Shown: positions 9,788-20,438, numbered from the stretch's first letter. The stretch: DNA of 32,000 nucleotides from Alkanindiges illinoisensis DSM 15370 (GCF_000619845.1 NZ_JHUX01000004.1:60001-92000), one strand, 5' to 3'. The notes: generated by a model from the letters alone, not told the origin. Program-made: numbers and translations.

Positions 9788-11056
9788 ATGTCCGCATCAC
9801 TCAATGATTATATGCAAACGTTAGGGCAACAAGCACGTGCTGCCGCACGGGTGCTATCAGGTGCGCCGACAGAAAAGAAAAATGCTGCACTATCCTGTAT
9901 TTATGATGCACTTAAAACCGGACGTCAGCAAATTCTGGCAGCCAATGCAAAAGACATGCAGCGCGGTCAGGAACGTAATCTGGATGCTGCCTTGCTGGAT
10001 CGGCTGGAACTCACTCCTGCACGTTTTGAAGGCATGTTACAGGGTCTACAGGATGTGATTACGCTGATTGACCCGGTGGGGGTGATTACCGATCTGGCTT
10101 ACCGTCCGTCGGGTATCCAGATTGGCAAAATGCGGGTGCCACTGGGTGTGGTGGGAATGATTTATGAATCGCGTCCCAATGTCACACTGGAAGCAGCGTC
10201 TCTGGCGTTAAAGTCCGGTAATGCTATTATTTTGCGTGGTGGCTCTGAGGCCTTTGAATCCAATCAGGCCATTGCCAAATGCATTCAGAATGGCTTGCGG
10301 GCTGCCCATTTGCCTGAACATTGTGTACAAGTGATTGACACACCGGATCGGGCTGCTGTGGGCTTGCTGATTACCATGTCGCAATTTGTTGATGTGATTG
10401 TACCGCGCGGTGGCAAAAGCCTGATTGAGCGCATTACCAATGAAGCCAGTATTCCGGTAATCAAGCATCTGGACGGCAACTGCCATGTGTTTGTAGAGCG
10501 TCAGGCCGACCTGCAAAAAGCCCTGCCCATTTGCTTTAATGCCAAAACCCACCGTTATGGCGTGTGCAATGCAATGGAAACCCTGCTGCTGGATGAACCC
10601 ATTGCTGAAGATTTCCTGCCGATGATTGCCGAGCTGTATCTGGAAAAAGGCGTAGAGCTGCGCGGCTGTGATGAAACCCGCCGGATTCTGGGTGAAACGG
10701 TGGTTGCCAAAGCCAGTGAAGAAGACTGGTATACCGAATATCTGGGGCCAGTACTGGCGATCAAGATTGTTGATGGCATCACTCAAGCCATTGACCATAT
10801 TAACCAGTATGGCTCGCATCATACCGATGCCATTGTGACCGAAAACTACAGTATGGCGCGCCAGTTCCTGCGCGAAGTGGATTCCAGTTCGGTAATGGTT
10901 AATGCCTCTACTCGTTTTGCCGATGGTTTTGAATATGGTTTGGGTGCTGAAATTGGCATTTCTACCGACAAGATTCATGCACGCGGGCCTGTAGGATTGG
11001 AAGGTCTGACCTCACAAAAATGGATTGTGCTGGGTGATGGCCAGATTCGCCATTAA
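9788..11056 (+). CDS. proA: Gamma-glutamyl phosphate reductase
   Basis: The track ORF starts at TTG 9776; ATG 9788 ([10 protein letters not shown]...) gives 422 aa. ProA hallmarks are present: [27 protein letters not shown], [17 protein letters not shown] (catalytic Cys). Confidence 0.95.
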   Translation: MSASLNDYMQTLGQQARAAARVLSGAPTEKKNAALSCIYDALKTGRQQILAANAKDMQRGQERNLDAALLDRLELTPARFEGMLQGLQDVITLIDPVGVITDLAYRPSGIQIGKMRVPLGVVGMIYESRPNVTLEAASLALKSGNAIILRGGSEAFESNQAIAKCIQNGLRAAHLPEHCVQVIDTPDRAAVGLLITMSQFVDVIVPRGGKSLIERITNEASIPVIKHLDGNCHVFVERQADLQKALPICFNAKTHRYGVCNAMETLLLDEPIAEDFLPMIAELYLEKGVELRGCDETRRILGETVVAKASEEDWYTEYLGPVLAIKIVDGITQAIDHINQYGSHHTDAIVTENYSMARQFLREVDSSSVMVNASTRFADGFEYGLGAEIGISTDKIHARGPVGLEGLTSQKWIVLGDGQIRH

Positions 11057-11082
11057 TCTAACCGGAAAATCTTTTGGAAAAT

Positions 11083-11113
11083 AAAAAAGGGTTGCAGATG
11101 CAGCCCTTTTTTT
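11083..11113. terminator. Bidirectional rho-independent terminator between the convergent proA and DUF4198-like genes
   Basis: aaaaaaGGGTTGCAgaTGCAGCCCttttttt: an A-run and a T-run flank an imperfect 8-bp stem. Confidence 0.8.
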
Positions 11114-11136
11114 ATGCCTGCTGAATGAATAACAAA

Positions 11137-11964
11137 TTATCTTACGGTCACGGTCAGCGCATAATGATACACATCAGCCGCAGGCTGCTCACCAGCCTTG
11201 GTTTGCGGGTAACTGGTTTTAATTAAATACTGGCCCGGCTGTGCAAATTGAATCCGTACCTGCCCGTCTTTATCAGACATCACATCCGGTTTAGCTTCAG
11301 TGTCTTCATCATGATGCATGGTACCCGCCTTTTCAACATGCAAACCCGTATTTGCCGCAGGCTTGCCATTAAACAGCACCTGAAAATTTAAACCTTCGGA
11401 TTGTTTAAGCTGGTTGGGATGCTGGCTGAATTTCAGCGCCAGACCTTTGTTATCAAGGGTCAGTGCTTGTTGGGTTGCTTCACCTTTTGTGACATAGCTC
11501 ACCACTTGACCATGAGCCTTGCTGGTGAGCTTCTGATCAGTGGATTTGACTTCGCTGGTAATTAAATAGGGACGCTCACTGGCTGCAGGCGCCTTATCAG
11601 CAGGCATGTCATATACTGCCTTCCACAGTCCATTCTGCCGGGCATAGTTGGTGCTGTGTTCAGCCTGTGCAAAAACCTTGTAAGTGCCTGGCTGTTCCAT
11701 GGGCAACTCAAGCACAGTCGCACTTTGCAGGCCAGATAGGGGGGTCAATTCCTGCTGTTTTCCCTGTGGATTGACACTGTAATACTGCGCCTTTAATGGA
11801 AATTCCGGAACAAACAAATCCTCGGTATACCCTGCATGCAGCAGCACCTGCTTGCCTTCCGGTAAATCACTTAATGGCAAAATATAGGCTTCATGCGCGT
11901 TGGCCACACCAGCCAACAGTAGTGCTGCACTCAGCAAACCTGTATACATTCCGGTTTTAATCAT
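11137..11964 (-). CDS. Periplasmic protein, DUF4198-like (signal peptide)
   Basis: The likely start is the ATG at 11964 (MIKTGMYTGLLSAALLLAGVANA|HEAYILP...), giving 275 aa with a classic Sec signal. A mature N-terminus beginning with His and the beta-rich composition resemble the DUF4198 family. The family call is from memory only. Confidence 0.55.
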   Translation of the reverse strand: MIKTGMYTGLLSAALLLAGVANAHEAYILPLSDLPEGKQVLLHAGYTEDLFVPEFPLKAQYYSVNPQGKQQELTPLSGLQSATVLELPMEQPGTYKVFAQAEHSTNYARQNGLWKAVYDMPADKAPAASERPYLITSEVKSTDQKLTSKAHGQVVSYVTKGEATQQALTLDNKGLALKFSQHPNQLKQSEGLNFQVLFNGKPAANTGLHVEKAGTMHHDEDTEAKPDVMSDKDGQVRIQFAQPGQYLIKTSYPQTKAGEQPAADVYHYALTVTVR

Positions 11965-12212
11965 TGCGATTCCCCACTTAAAAAATTCTGAAAAACCTAT
12001 CTTACAATAGTGTTTATAAAAATTATTCCTATATAAAAACAATTCTCAGTTTCATTTAAGATTCATTAAAGCTTACTGTTTAATACTTAAATGCTTAACC
12101 ATTATTTGCTACTTTTGTCGTTTAGCACACTGTGCAACTTTGCTGTAGGGTTTGTTATGGCCTTGATGGGCTTTATATTTTGCTTTGGTCTGGAATTTAT
12201 TCTGAGAATGAT

Positions 12213-13415
12213 ATGTCTGCTTGCATCCTGGTAATCAATTGCGGTTCTTCATCCATTAAATATGCCCTGATTGGCACTGGCGCTGAGCAGCGGATTGCCG
12301 GGCTGGCCGAAAATCTGGGTACGGCACAGGCCCGGATTAAAGGAACACAGGCGGATGGCAGTACGTTTAACTATCAGTTTAACGACAATAATGATGCACA
12401 GGCAAAACCAGCCAGCCATGCCGATGCGCTGCAATACATTCTTAACCAGTTGTCAAATCATCAGCCTGCTGCAATTGGACACCGGGTTGTCCATGGAGGT
12501 GAAAAATTTACGCAGGCCGTGCAGATTGATCCACAGGTGATGGCCAGCATCCGGCAAACTTCGGCGCTGGCCCCATTGCACAATCCGGCCAACCTGCTGG
12601 GTATTGAAGCCACGCTGGCGTTATTTCCCAGCTTGCCGCAAGTGGCCGTGTTTGATACGGCTTTTCATCAAAGCATGCCGCCGCAAGCCTATCGCTATGC
12701 CATTCCAGAAAATTTATATACAGACTACGGGGTGCGCCGTTATGGCTTTCATGGCACCAGTCATGCTTATGTGAGTGAGCGCGCCAGTATACTTGCCGGT
12801 ATGCCAGATCAGGGCGGCTGGCTAACGGCTCACTTAGGCAACGGCTGTTCCACTTGCGCCATCTGGAATGGCCAAAGCATGGACACCAGCATGGGCCTGA
12901 CTCCACTGGAAGGTGTGGTGATGGGCACCCGTAGTGGCGATGTTGATCCCGGCTTGCACCGTTTTCTGGCTGATAATCTGGGTTGGTCACTGCTTAAAAT
13001 TGATGAGGTGCTAAACCGTAACAGTGGCTTGCTGGGCCTGTCCGGGCTGTCGAATGACATGCGCACGCTAGTGGATGCTGCCAAACAGGGCAATGAAAAA
13101 GCACAGCTTGCGGTGGATGTGTTTTGCTATCGGCTGGCCAAGTCACTGGCAGCCATGAGTTGTGCCTTGCCTGTCCTGCATGGCCTGATTTTTACCGGTG
13201 GCATTGGTGAAAATGCAGCAGATATCCGCGCTAAAACTATTGGTTTGCTACCACATTTTGGCTGCACGCTGGACGATGAAAAAAACCAGCGCATGTACGC
13301 GGGTGCAGAAGGTCGCATCGACGCCGGACAAGGCCCGCAAATCTGGGTAATTCCCACCGATGAAGAAGGCCGGATTGCTGCGGAGACCCGTCAGGTTTTA
13401 GGGCTGGTTGAATAA
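12213..13415 (+). CDS. ackA: Acetate kinase
   Basis: The track ORF 12132-13415 has an implausible N-terminal extension. ATG 12213 gives [19 protein letters not shown] (canonical AckA N-terminus), HRVVHGG, FHGTSH and FTGGIGEN motifs; 400 aa. Confidence 0.95.
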   Translation: MSACILVINCGSSSIKYALIGTGAEQRIAGLAENLGTAQARIKGTQADGSTFNYQFNDNNDAQAKPASHADALQYILNQLSNHQPAAIGHRVVHGGEKFTQAVQIDPQVMASIRQTSALAPLHNPANLLGIEATLALFPSLPQVAVFDTAFHQSMPPQAYRYAIPENLYTDYGVRRYGFHGTSHAYVSERASILAGMPDQGGWLTAHLGNGCSTCAIWNGQSMDTSMGLTPLEGVVMGTRSGDVDPGLHRFLADNLGWSLLKIDEVLNRNSGLLGLSGLSNDMRTLVDAAKQGNEKAQLAVDVFCYRLAKSLAAMSCALPVLHGLIFTGGIGENAADIRAKTIGLLPHFGCTLDDEKNQRMYAGAEGRIDAGQGPQIWVIPTDEEGRIAAETRQVLGLVE

Positions 13416-13472
13416 AGTCAAGCCATCGGATGAGTTTTATAGATTAGGTTAAAAGCATTAAAGGAAAGCAAA

Positions 13473-15626
13473 ATGAAAACATTTTTACTGGTTCCTACCG
13501 GCATTGGCGTTGGTTTGACGTCAGCGTGTCTGGGGCTTATTCATGCACTGGATTGTCTGGGCATTAAATCGGGCTTTTTAAAACCATTTGTACAAACCGA
13601 ACTGAATGGCAGTGGTGCGGATCGTTCCTCGGCACTGGTAGGCCGCACCTTTGGCCTTAATCCTCCGCTTGCCATTGGCCAGCATCAGGTAGAACGCATG
13701 CTGGGTGATAACCAGCTGGATGAACTGCTGGAAAAAGTGATTAGCCTGTACCATGATGCGGCACAGGGCAAGGATATGGTAGTAGTGGAAGGTGTGGTGC
13801 CTACCGGAGAAGCCAGTTATGCTGCCCAGTTAAATATTGGTCTGGCGCAGGCCCTTGATGCCAAAGTAATTCTGGTTACCACAGCAGACATGCAAAACCC
13901 GGAAGCATTGGCCGACCGCATTGATATGCATTTGCGGCCTTTTGGCGGCACTGTGTCACCACGTACCCTGGGCACCATTTTAATGCGGGTACAGGGCTTG
14001 CCCGCTGATAGCGCACAAATTCCACTGGCCACCGATAGCTCACTGCGCCTGACTCAGCCTTTACAACAGCTGATTGAACAGGTACAGCCATTCTCGCCAC
14101 TGGTGGGCACCGAGCAGTTTCCGATTATTGGCTTGGTGCCGTTTAGTAATACCTTGAGTGTGCCACGCACGCTGGATGTGGCCGATGTCCTGAATGCCGA
14201 GTGGCTCAATATGGGCGACGCTGAACAGCGCCGGGTACAGCGCACCAGTTTGACGGCGCGTACCGTAAGCAATGCCTTGCCGGGCTTTAAGCCGGGTACA
14301 TTAATTGTCACGCCTGGTGATCGTGATGACATTCTGGTGGCTGCGGCACTGTCCAGCATGAATGGTGTTCCGCTGGCTGGCGTACTGCTAACAGGTGGCT
14401 ATATCCCTCATCCCGCCATTGTTGAGTTATGCCGCCCGGCCTTAAAAACTGGTCTGCCCGTACTGTCGGTTAGCATGGATTCTTTTGAAACCGTGAGCCG
14501 CTTAAGCCAGATGAGTAATGAAATCCCCAGTGATGACATTGAACGCGCCGAACAGGTCACCCGCTTTGTGTCCAGTCATATTGACCTGGACTGGCTCAAG
14601 GCACACAGTGCCCTCACTTATGCAACCCGGCTGTCGCCTTCCGCCTTCCGGCATGAGCTGGTGCAACGCGCGCTAAGCCATAAAAAACGGATTGTACTGC
14701 CTGAAGGCGCCGAACCCAGAACCGTACAGGCCGCAGCCATTTGCCAGTCACGCGGTATTGCTCACTGCATCTTGCTGGCCAAGCCTGAAGAAGTCGAAGC
14801 AGTCGCCAAGGCGCGTGCCATTACCCTGCCGCCTGATCTGGAAATCATTGATCCCAACCTGATTCACCACCAGTACATTAGTGCCATGGTTGAACGCCGT
14901 AAAGGCAAACTCACCGAGCCAATGGCCGAAGCCCAGTTGCAGGACACCGTCGTGTTGGGCACCATGATGCTGGCATTGGGCGAAGTGGATGGCCTAGTGT
15001 CAGGCGCTGTACATACCACGGCCAATACCGTGCGCCCGGCTTTCCAGCTGATTAAAACAGCACCCGATTACTCACTGGTTTCTTCGGTGTTTTTTATGCT
15101 GCTGCCGGATCAGGTGGTGGTGTATGGCGACTGTGCCATTAATCCAGACCCGAATGCTCAAGAGCTGGCTGAAATTGCCATTCAAAGTGCTGAATCTGCA
15201 CTGGCATTTGGCATAGAACCACGCGTTGCCATGATTAGCTATTCCACCGGTGAATCCGGTTCAGGCACCGATGTTGACAAAGTTCGTGAAGCCACCCGCA
15301 TTGCCCGCGAGCGCCGTCCAGACCTGCTGATTGATGGCCCGCTCCAGTATGATGCTGCGGCCATTGAAAGTGTAGGCCAGCAAAAAGCGCCCAATTCACC
15401 CGTTGCCGGACGTGCCACCGTGTTTATTTTCCCCGATTTAAATACTGGTAATACCACTTACAAGGCCGTACAGCGTAGTGCCAATGTGGTGAGCGTTGGC
15501 CCTATGCTGCAAGGCTTAAACAAGCCGGTCAATGACCTGTCTCGTGGGGCGCTGGTTGATGACATTGTTTACACCATTGCACTCACTGCGATTCAGGCCA
15601 TTCAGCGCAATGTTCAGCCTGATTAA
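13473..15626 (+). CDS. pta: Phosphate acetyltransferase (long form with DRTGG/AAA-like N-terminal domain)
   Basis: 717 aa, immediately downstream of ackA. The C-terminal PTA_PTB domain includes VSGAVHTTANTVRPAFQLIKT and NIxYKxxQR-like NTTYKAVQR. Confidence 0.95.
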   Translation: MKTFLLVPTGIGVGLTSACLGLIHALDCLGIKSGFLKPFVQTELNGSGADRSSALVGRTFGLNPPLAIGQHQVERMLGDNQLDELLEKVISLYHDAAQGKDMVVVEGVVPTGEASYAAQLNIGLAQALDAKVILVTTADMQNPEALADRIDMHLRPFGGTVSPRTLGTILMRVQGLPADSAQIPLATDSSLRLTQPLQQLIEQVQPFSPLVGTEQFPIIGLVPFSNTLSVPRTLDVADVLNAEWLNMGDAEQRRVQRTSLTARTVSNALPGFKPGTLIVTPGDRDDILVAAALSSMNGVPLAGVLLTGGYIPHPAIVELCRPALKTGLPVLSVSMDSFETVSRLSQMSNEIPSDDIERAEQVTRFVSSHIDLDWLKAHSALTYATRLSPSAFRHELVQRALSHKKRIVLPEGAEPRTVQAAAICQSRGIAHCILLAKPEEVEAVAKARAITLPPDLEIIDPNLIHHQYISAMVERRKGKLTEPMAEAQLQDTVVLGTMMLALGEVDGLVSGAVHTTANTVRPAFQLIKTAPDYSLVSSVFFMLLPDQVVVYGDCAINPDPNAQELAEIAIQSAESALAFGIEPRVAMISYSTGESGSGTDVDKVREATRIARERRPDLLIDGPLQYDAAAIESVGQQKAPNSPVAGRATVFIFPDLNTGNTTYKAVQRSANVVSVGPMLQGLNKPVNDLSRGALVDDIVYTIALTAIQAIQRNVQPD

Positions 15627-15701
15627 TTAAGAGTTACAGCCAGCACTTATAGCGGCCAAAAGTAGGTTTGTCTAAAATTCTTACATTTTTTAACCGTCTT
15701 T

Positions 15702-15737
15702 ATTAGCCATTTTTTAACCGTGAAATGGCTAATTTTT
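15702..15737 (+). terminator. Rho-independent terminator of ackA-pta
   Basis: ATTAGCCATTT (15702-15712) pairs with AAATGGCTAAT (15723-15733), followed by TTTT. Confidence 0.7.
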
Positions 15738-15773
15738 CATTAATTGATTAAAAATAAAACAATTACACCAAAA

Positions 15774-15802
15774 TTGAAATTTTTTTAGATTTGCGCTATA
15801 GT
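15774..15802 (+). promoter_or_regulatory. Candidate sigma-70 promoter of rsfS
   Basis: TTGAAA (15774-15779), a 17-nt spacer, then TATAGT (15797-15802). The implied TSS near 15809 argues against the GTG 15807 start in the ORF track. Confidence 0.45.
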
Positions 15803-15836
15803 AATAGTGCCTAATTGTATGGATTTAATTCCCTGT

Positions 15837-16271
15837 ATGAATATTGAACCTTCTCGAGGTCAATCATCAACATCCGATAAAACCTTTACTACTACTGGTG
15901 TTATCGCAAACTCTGCACTTTCCGCCGCAAATCAAACCGATAAAAATGCACAAGAATGCCTTGAAATCGTACGTTTTGCCTTGAATGATGTCAAAGCCCA
16001 AAATATTGTTGAGCTTGACGTTACTGGTCTGACCAATATTTCTGATATGGTTGTGATTGCCAGTGGAACCTCAACCCGTCATGTGAAAGCGCTGGCTGAC
16101 AATGTGGCTGAAGAAGCCAAAAAACAGGGATACCGCCCTGTTGGTGTTGAAGGTGAGCGTGATGCCGAATGGATTCTGATTGATTTAGGATTTGTTGTGG
16201 TACATGTGATGTTGCCAACAGCCCGCAAGTTTTATGATCTGGAAAGCCTGTGGCGTCCGGTTGAGAAATAA
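15837..16271 (+). CDS. rsfS: Ribosomal silencing factor RsfS (iojap/YbeB family)
   Basis: The core is canonical RsfS: LNDVKAQNIVELDVTGLTNISDMVVIASGTSTRHVKALADNV...GERDAEWILIDLGFVVVHVMLPTARKFYDLESLW. The start is ambiguous (ATG 15819 or 15837; GTG 15807 unlikely) and the N-terminal extension is unusually long for the family. Confidence 0.88.
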   Translation: MNIEPSRGQSSTSDKTFTTTGVIANSALSAANQTDKNAQECLEIVRFALNDVKAQNIVELDVTGLTNISDMVVIASGTSTRHVKALADNVAEEAKKQGYRPVGVEGERDAEWILIDLGFVVVHVMLPTARKFYDLESLWRPVEK

Positions 16272-16329
16272 CTGCTGGTATAGACATTTAGCTTCGCTAA
16301 AAAAGCTGACTGGTCTGGTGTGAGCCAGT

Positions 16330-16358
16330 AAAAAAGCAGGGATATGACCTGCTTTTTT
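16330..16358. terminator. Bidirectional terminator between the convergent rsfS and orf229
   Basis: aaaaaAGCAGG-gatatga-CCTGCTttttt, with A- and T-runs on both sides. Confidence 0.75.
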
Positions 16359-16400
16359 GTTGTGTACCTATAACCATTTGCGGTAATAAGTCTAGTCTCT

Positions 16401-17090
16401 CTACAGCAACTGACGAATAGGCCATTCTGGATGATTTTCTTCCAGAAACTTGACCGCCATAGATAATTGCCGATCTGCCTTCACTGGCCCCACATACTCA
16501 CATAGGGCGCTATAAATCAGGTTAATCACCTGCTGCATATCCTCAATGGTCAGCAAGCTGCTGGGTGGTGCTTCCATATCCGTCCCTGTCCACAGCCGTA
16601 AGGCATGAATGCTGTCACTCGCCATTTTCAGCTTGGGAATGGTATCCATCAGGTATAGTCGCAGGCTACGATCAATCTGGGCAGGTGCAGTTTTAAACAG
16701 GCGCTGGCTTAGCGCAGTAAAGCATTGCATTAAGGCCTGAGCGTGTTCATCCCCTTTAAACCGGGTGGGCATGTCCAGTGATTCAGCATGGCGCAATATC
16801 GGTTTTCCCGGCTTGGTTTTCTTGCTGGCAAGCTGGTTGTCCCGCTCCCGTGCTGACAGGGCCAGCAGGACGCTTTGCAACATTTGGGAACGCTGGGACT
16901 TTAAAGTGGCAGTGGTGCAAATTTCATTTAAAAACCGTTGCAGGACGAATGCCGGTTCATGGCTATAGTGCAGTTCCCAGAATTCCAGTATGTCCTGCAG
17001 GTAATCATCCGGCAAAAAAGGTTTTAATCCCTCTTCCACGGCTTGCCGCTTTTGCGCCACACTCAGGTGCGTCTTTGCATCAGAATTCAT
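16401..17090 (-). CDS. Hypothetical protein (229 aa), co-transcribed downstream of amtB
   Basis: ATG 17090 is preceded by a GGAGGAG SD (minus-strand cagGGAGGAGtgaaaaccATG), 26 nt after the amtB stop. I recognise no motif. Confidence 0.6.
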   Translation of the reverse strand: MNSDAKTHLSVAQKRQAVEEGLKPFLPDDYLQDILEFWELHYSHEPAFVLQRFLNEICTTATLKSQRSQMLQSVLLALSARERDNQLASKKTKPGKPILRHAESLDMPTRFKGDEHAQALMQCFTALSQRLFKTAPAQIDRSLRLYLMDTIPKLKMASDSIHALRLWTGTDMEAPPSSLLTIEDMQQVINLIYSALCEYVGPVKADRQLSMAVKFLEENHPEWPIRQLL

Positions 17091-17116
17091 GGTTTTCACT
17101 CCTCCCTGTATGAGCA

Positions 17117-18454
17117 CTAGCGACGGGTATTCAACTGATCAGGATCAAATACCGCAGCATCCTGAAATTCGGGATAGGCCAGTTCGGCATGTTCGGTATA
17201 ATCCAGACCACGCTGTTCATGCTGTGGTGATACACGCAGGCCGCCCAGTAATTTGCTCAGAACAAAGTACACTACCAGCGCTGCACCAAACCCCCATATA
17301 AATCCTGAAAAAACACCAATGCACTGCACCAAAACCCGGTTCAGATTAAATAACTGTCCTTCAAAAAATAAACCCGCTGCAATGGTGCCCCATGCTCCGC
17401 AAAAACCATGCACACTCACGGCATCGACTACATCATCCAACCCTAGTCGCTCCAGCAACAAAGGCCCGTAAGTCACCACAATACCTGCGATAAGGCCGGT
17501 CAAAATGGCAAATATTGGTGACATGCTGGCACATCCAGCAGTAATCGCCACCAATCCTCCCAGACTGGCATTGATCGCACCAGTGAGCAAAATGGCTTTA
17601 CCGCGTATTAAACTCAGCAACAGATAAGTTACAGTACCTGCACAGGCCGCCAGATGGGTATTTAGTGCAATCTTGCCAATGTTGCCCCCTGCTGCCACTG
17701 TTGAACCCGCATTAAAGGCAAACCACGCCAGCCACAGCATAAAACCACCTAGCGCAACTAGGCTCAGATTATGGCCCGGAATATGGCGGGCACGACCCTG
17801 ACTATCAAATCGGCCCATTCGTGGCCCTAGCACGATAATGCCAGCCAGTGCCACCCAGCCGCCAATCGAATGCACCACAGTAGAGCCGGCAAAGTCAATA
17901 AATCCCATTGCCTTGAGCCAGCCGTCACCACCATGGGCACTGCCCCAGGCCCAGCTGCCAAATACCGGATAAATCAGACCACTCACCAGACAGGCACCAG
18001 CCAGATAAGCCACAAAGTGAATACGTTCTGCCATGGCACCGCTGGCAATGGTGGTGGCTGTTGCAGCAAACATCATTTGAAAGAACATGAACGTCCAATC
18101 CCAGTCGGCCATTTTTTCCGGGAAAAAATGACTTGCCCCAAACCAGCCAGTGCTGTTGGTGCCGAACATCAGGCCATAACCCACTGCCCAGAACACCAAG
18201 CCACCAAAACAGGCATCCAGATAGTTTTTCATAATGACATTCACGGCATTCTTGCTGCGGACCATGCCGCCTTCGACCAGTGCAAAGCCAGCCTGCATCA
18301 TAAACACCAGCATGGCTGCCACCACCACCCAGACGCTGTCCACTGCCAGCTTGATTTCACCCAGATTATCGGGCGCGGCATAGGCAATGCCTGTACTCCC
18401 CAAGCCAGCCACCATGAAAAATATTGATACCCAACGCTGATTACACATGTTCAT
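17117..18454 (-). CDS. amtB: Ammonium transporter (Amt family)
   Basis: 445 aa, polytopic, with Amt signatures: AAPDNL after a signal-like N-terminus, DFAGSTVVHSIGGWVALAG and VHGFCGAWGTIAAGLF (the twin-His pore context). Confidence 0.92.
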   Translation of the reverse strand: MNMCNQRWVSIFFMVAGLGSTGIAYAAPDNLGEIKLAVDSVWVVVAAMLVFMMQAGFALVEGGMVRSKNAVNVIMKNYLDACFGGLVFWAVGYGLMFGTNSTGWFGASHFFPEKMADWDWTFMFFQMMFAATATTIASGAMAERIHFVAYLAGACLVSGLIYPVFGSWAWGSAHGGDGWLKAMGFIDFAGSTVVHSIGGWVALAGIIVLGPRMGRFDSQGRARHIPGHNLSLVALGGFMLWLAWFAFNAGSTVAAGGNIGKIALNTHLAACAGTVTYLLLSLIRGKAILLTGAINASLGGLVAITAGCASMSPIFAILTGLIAGIVVTYGPLLLERLGLDDVVDAVSVHGFCGAWGTIAAGLFFEGQLFNLNRVLVQCIGVFSGFIWGFGAALVVYFVLSKLLGGLRVSPQHEQRGLDYTEHAELAYPEFQDAAVFDPDQLNTRR

Positions 18455-18569
18455 CCCCTTTGATGATTACAGGGGACAACGCAAACAGCATGCCAAGATA
18501 TTAAGCAAAACTTAATTTTTACGCTGGCTTAAGCAATTTTCTTAAAATTAGCGATCAAAAACTCGCTAT

Positions 18570-18601
18570 AAAAAAAGCTGCCCGATTGGACAGCTTTTTT
18601 T
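18570..18601 (-). terminator. Rho-independent terminator after pntB (minus strand)
   Basis: aaaaaaAGCTGcccgattggaCAGCTttttttt; on the minus strand the hairpin is followed by a U-run. It separates the pnt operon from amtB. Confidence 0.7.
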
Positions 18602-18633
18602 GAATCAATGACTTTTAAGATAATTAGCCAGTC

Positions 18634-20091
18634 TTAGTGACCGCCACCATTAATCGCTTTGGTCATGTCTTCCACAACTTTCTTGGCATCACCAAAGATC
18701 ATCATGGTCTTGTCATTGTAGAACAGGTCATTGTCAAGACCAGCATAACCAGTTGCCATGGAACGCTTGATCACCATAATGGTGCGTGCCTTGTGGGCTT
18801 CCAGAATAGGCATGCCATAAATTGGTGAGCTTGGATCATCTTTCGCCGCAGGGTTAACCACGTCGTTTGCACCAATCACCAGCACCACATCAGTGGCCGG
18901 GAAATCGGAGTTGATTTCATCCATTTCCAGAATGTCTTCATAGGCAACGTCGGCTTCAGCCAGCAATACGTTCATGTGGCCCGGCATACGGCCAGCAACC
19001 GGATGGATTGCAAAGCGTACAGTCACGCCCTGCTCTTTGAGCAGATTAGCCAGTTCTTTAACCGCGTTTTGAGCACGGCCTTGCGCCATACCATAACCCG
19101 GTACAATGACCACGCTGTCTGCGTTTGACATCAGGAAGCCAGCATCGTCGGCAGAACCAGAACGGTAGTTACGCTGTTTAACTTCTCCAGCCTCTGCGCC
19201 ACCTGCTGCACCAGCAGTTGCGATACCACCAAACAATACGTTGATGATAGAGCGGTTCATTGCCTTACACATGATGTAGGATAGAATGGCACCGGATGAA
19301 CCCACCAGAGAACCTGCCACAATCAGCATGTTGTTTTCCAGGGTAAAACCAATACCTGCCGCCGCCCAGCCAGAAAATGAGTTCAGCAGGGATACCACCA
19401 CGGGCATGTCACCGCCACCCACTGGTGCAATCCACACCCAGCCAAAGGCCAGTGCCAGCACTGTCATGGCCCAGAAGGCTTGCATGTTGCCAGTGCTAAA
19501 GAACACAAAGCCGCTAGCTAGCATGGCAATAAAGATAATGGCCTGAACCGGTTTAACCCAGCCACCTTTAATGGTTTTGGCCCACTTTTTAGCCGCCAGC
19601 TTGCCATAGGCAAATACAGACGCTGTAAAGGTGATCGCACCCACAAAACAGCCCACGAACAGTTCAAACAAATGAACCTTGCTCATGTGTGCATGCTCTA
19701 CACCGGCAGTGGTTAATGCTGCTTCATTATTTGCAAACAGATCAATCAGCTGGTTGTTGTGCAAGATTGCAGCAATGGCAATCAGGACTGCTGCCAGACC
19801 AACCAGTGAGTGCATCAGCGCTACCGTTTCTGGCATCTGGGTCATCGGTACAGTACGCGCGCGGGCAATACCCACCACGGCACCCAGCACCATCGCACCC
19901 AGAATCATGGGTACAACCGGATGGTCAGCAACAAAGAATGTGGTGATTACAGCAATTGCCATGGCAACCATGCCATAACGGTTACCTGCAATTGCAGTCT
20001 TGGGACCAGACAGGCCACGCAATGTCAGAATAAAAAGGACCGCACCGATTAAATAAAACCAGTTGGCATATTCACGTATAAATTCCATCAA
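18634..20091 (-). CDS. pntB: NAD(P) transhydrogenase subunit beta
   Basis: 485 aa with an N-terminal polytopic membrane domain and a C-terminal NADP(H)-binding dIII (VIVPGYGMAQGRAQ, GRMPGHMNVLLAEA, VIGANDVVNPAA). Confidence 0.96.
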   Translation of the reverse strand: MMEFIREYANWFYLIGAVLFILTLRGLSGPKTAIAGNRYGMVAMAIAVITTFFVADHPVVPMILGAMVLGAVVGIARARTVPMTQMPETVALMHSLVGLAAVLIAIAAILHNNQLIDLFANNEAALTTAGVEHAHMSKVHLFELFVGCFVGAITFTASVFAYGKLAAKKWAKTIKGGWVKPVQAIIFIAMLASGFVFFSTGNMQAFWAMTVLALAFGWVWIAPVGGGDMPVVVSLLNSFSGWAAAGIGFTLENNMLIVAGSLVGSSGAILSYIMCKAMNRSIINVLFGGIATAGAAGGAEAGEVKQRNYRSGSADDAGFLMSNADSVVIVPGYGMAQGRAQNAVKELANLLKEQGVTVRFAIHPVAGRMPGHMNVLLAEADVAYEDILEMDEINSDFPATDVVLVIGANDVVNPAAKDDPSSPIYGMPILEAHKARTIMVIKRSMATGYAGLDNDLFYNDKTMMIFGDAKKVVEDMTKAINGGGH

Positions 20092-20100
20092 TCCTGCCCC

Positions 20101-20427
20101 TTACTCTTTGGCCGCTTTTTTGGCTTTAGGCTTGAACATTTCCAGCATACGTGCTGTTACTGCAAAACCACCAAAAATGTTAATGCTGGCCAGGAATACT
20201 GCAACAGCGCCCAGCACACTAACCACGTTAACGCTCTGGAACGCCACGTTTCCATCTATGCCAATTGCCGGTAAGCCAACAGTTTGCAGCATGGCACCAA
20301 CAATAATAATGGAGGACAGCGCATTGGTTACCGCCATTAAGGGTGTATGCAATGCTGGTGTAACACCCCACACCACGTAATAGCCCACAAAAATGGCCAG
20401 TACAAAAATCGTTATCGTTTCAACCAT
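20101..20427 (-). CDS. pntAB: NAD(P) transhydrogenase subunit alpha part 2 (membrane dII segment)
   Basis: 108 aa with three hydrophobic helices. An AAGGAG SD overlaps the pntAA stop (TAAGGAGCACAATCATG). This is the natural split-alpha arrangement known from Rhodospirillum-type transhydrogenases. Confidence 0.9.
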   Translation of the reverse strand: MVETITIFVLAIFVGYYVVWGVTPALHTPLMAVTNALSSIIIVGAMLQTVGLPAIGIDGNVAFQSVNVVSVLGAVAVFLASINIFGGFAVTARMLEMFKPKAKKAAKE

Positions 20428-20438
20428 GATTGTGCTCC

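Noticed and set aside
10208-10978. Long antisense shadow ORFs inside well-supported genes. Examples: 10208-10978 in proA, 12508-12990 in ackA, 17870-18427 in amtB, 3653-4144 in ybdL, 19286-20052 in pntB, 20063-20380 in pntAB, and 21246-21629 overlapping the pntAA 5' end plus its upstream region.
   Set aside because: Each overlaps a gene with a strong family signature on the opposite strand and translates to low-complexity Arg/His/Cys/Pro-rich sequence. This is typical of shadow ORFs in moderately GC-rich coding DNA.
12132-12212. N-terminal extensions suggested by the ORF track for ackA, proA, the acyltransferase, the EamA transporter, the DUF4198-like gene, the hydrolase, orf229 and rsfS.
   Set aside because: The extensions start at TTG/GTG or lack an SD, and they add sequence not expected for the families. 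Internal ATGs with an SD, or with the canonical family N-terminus, were preferred. The start calls remain somewhat uncertain.
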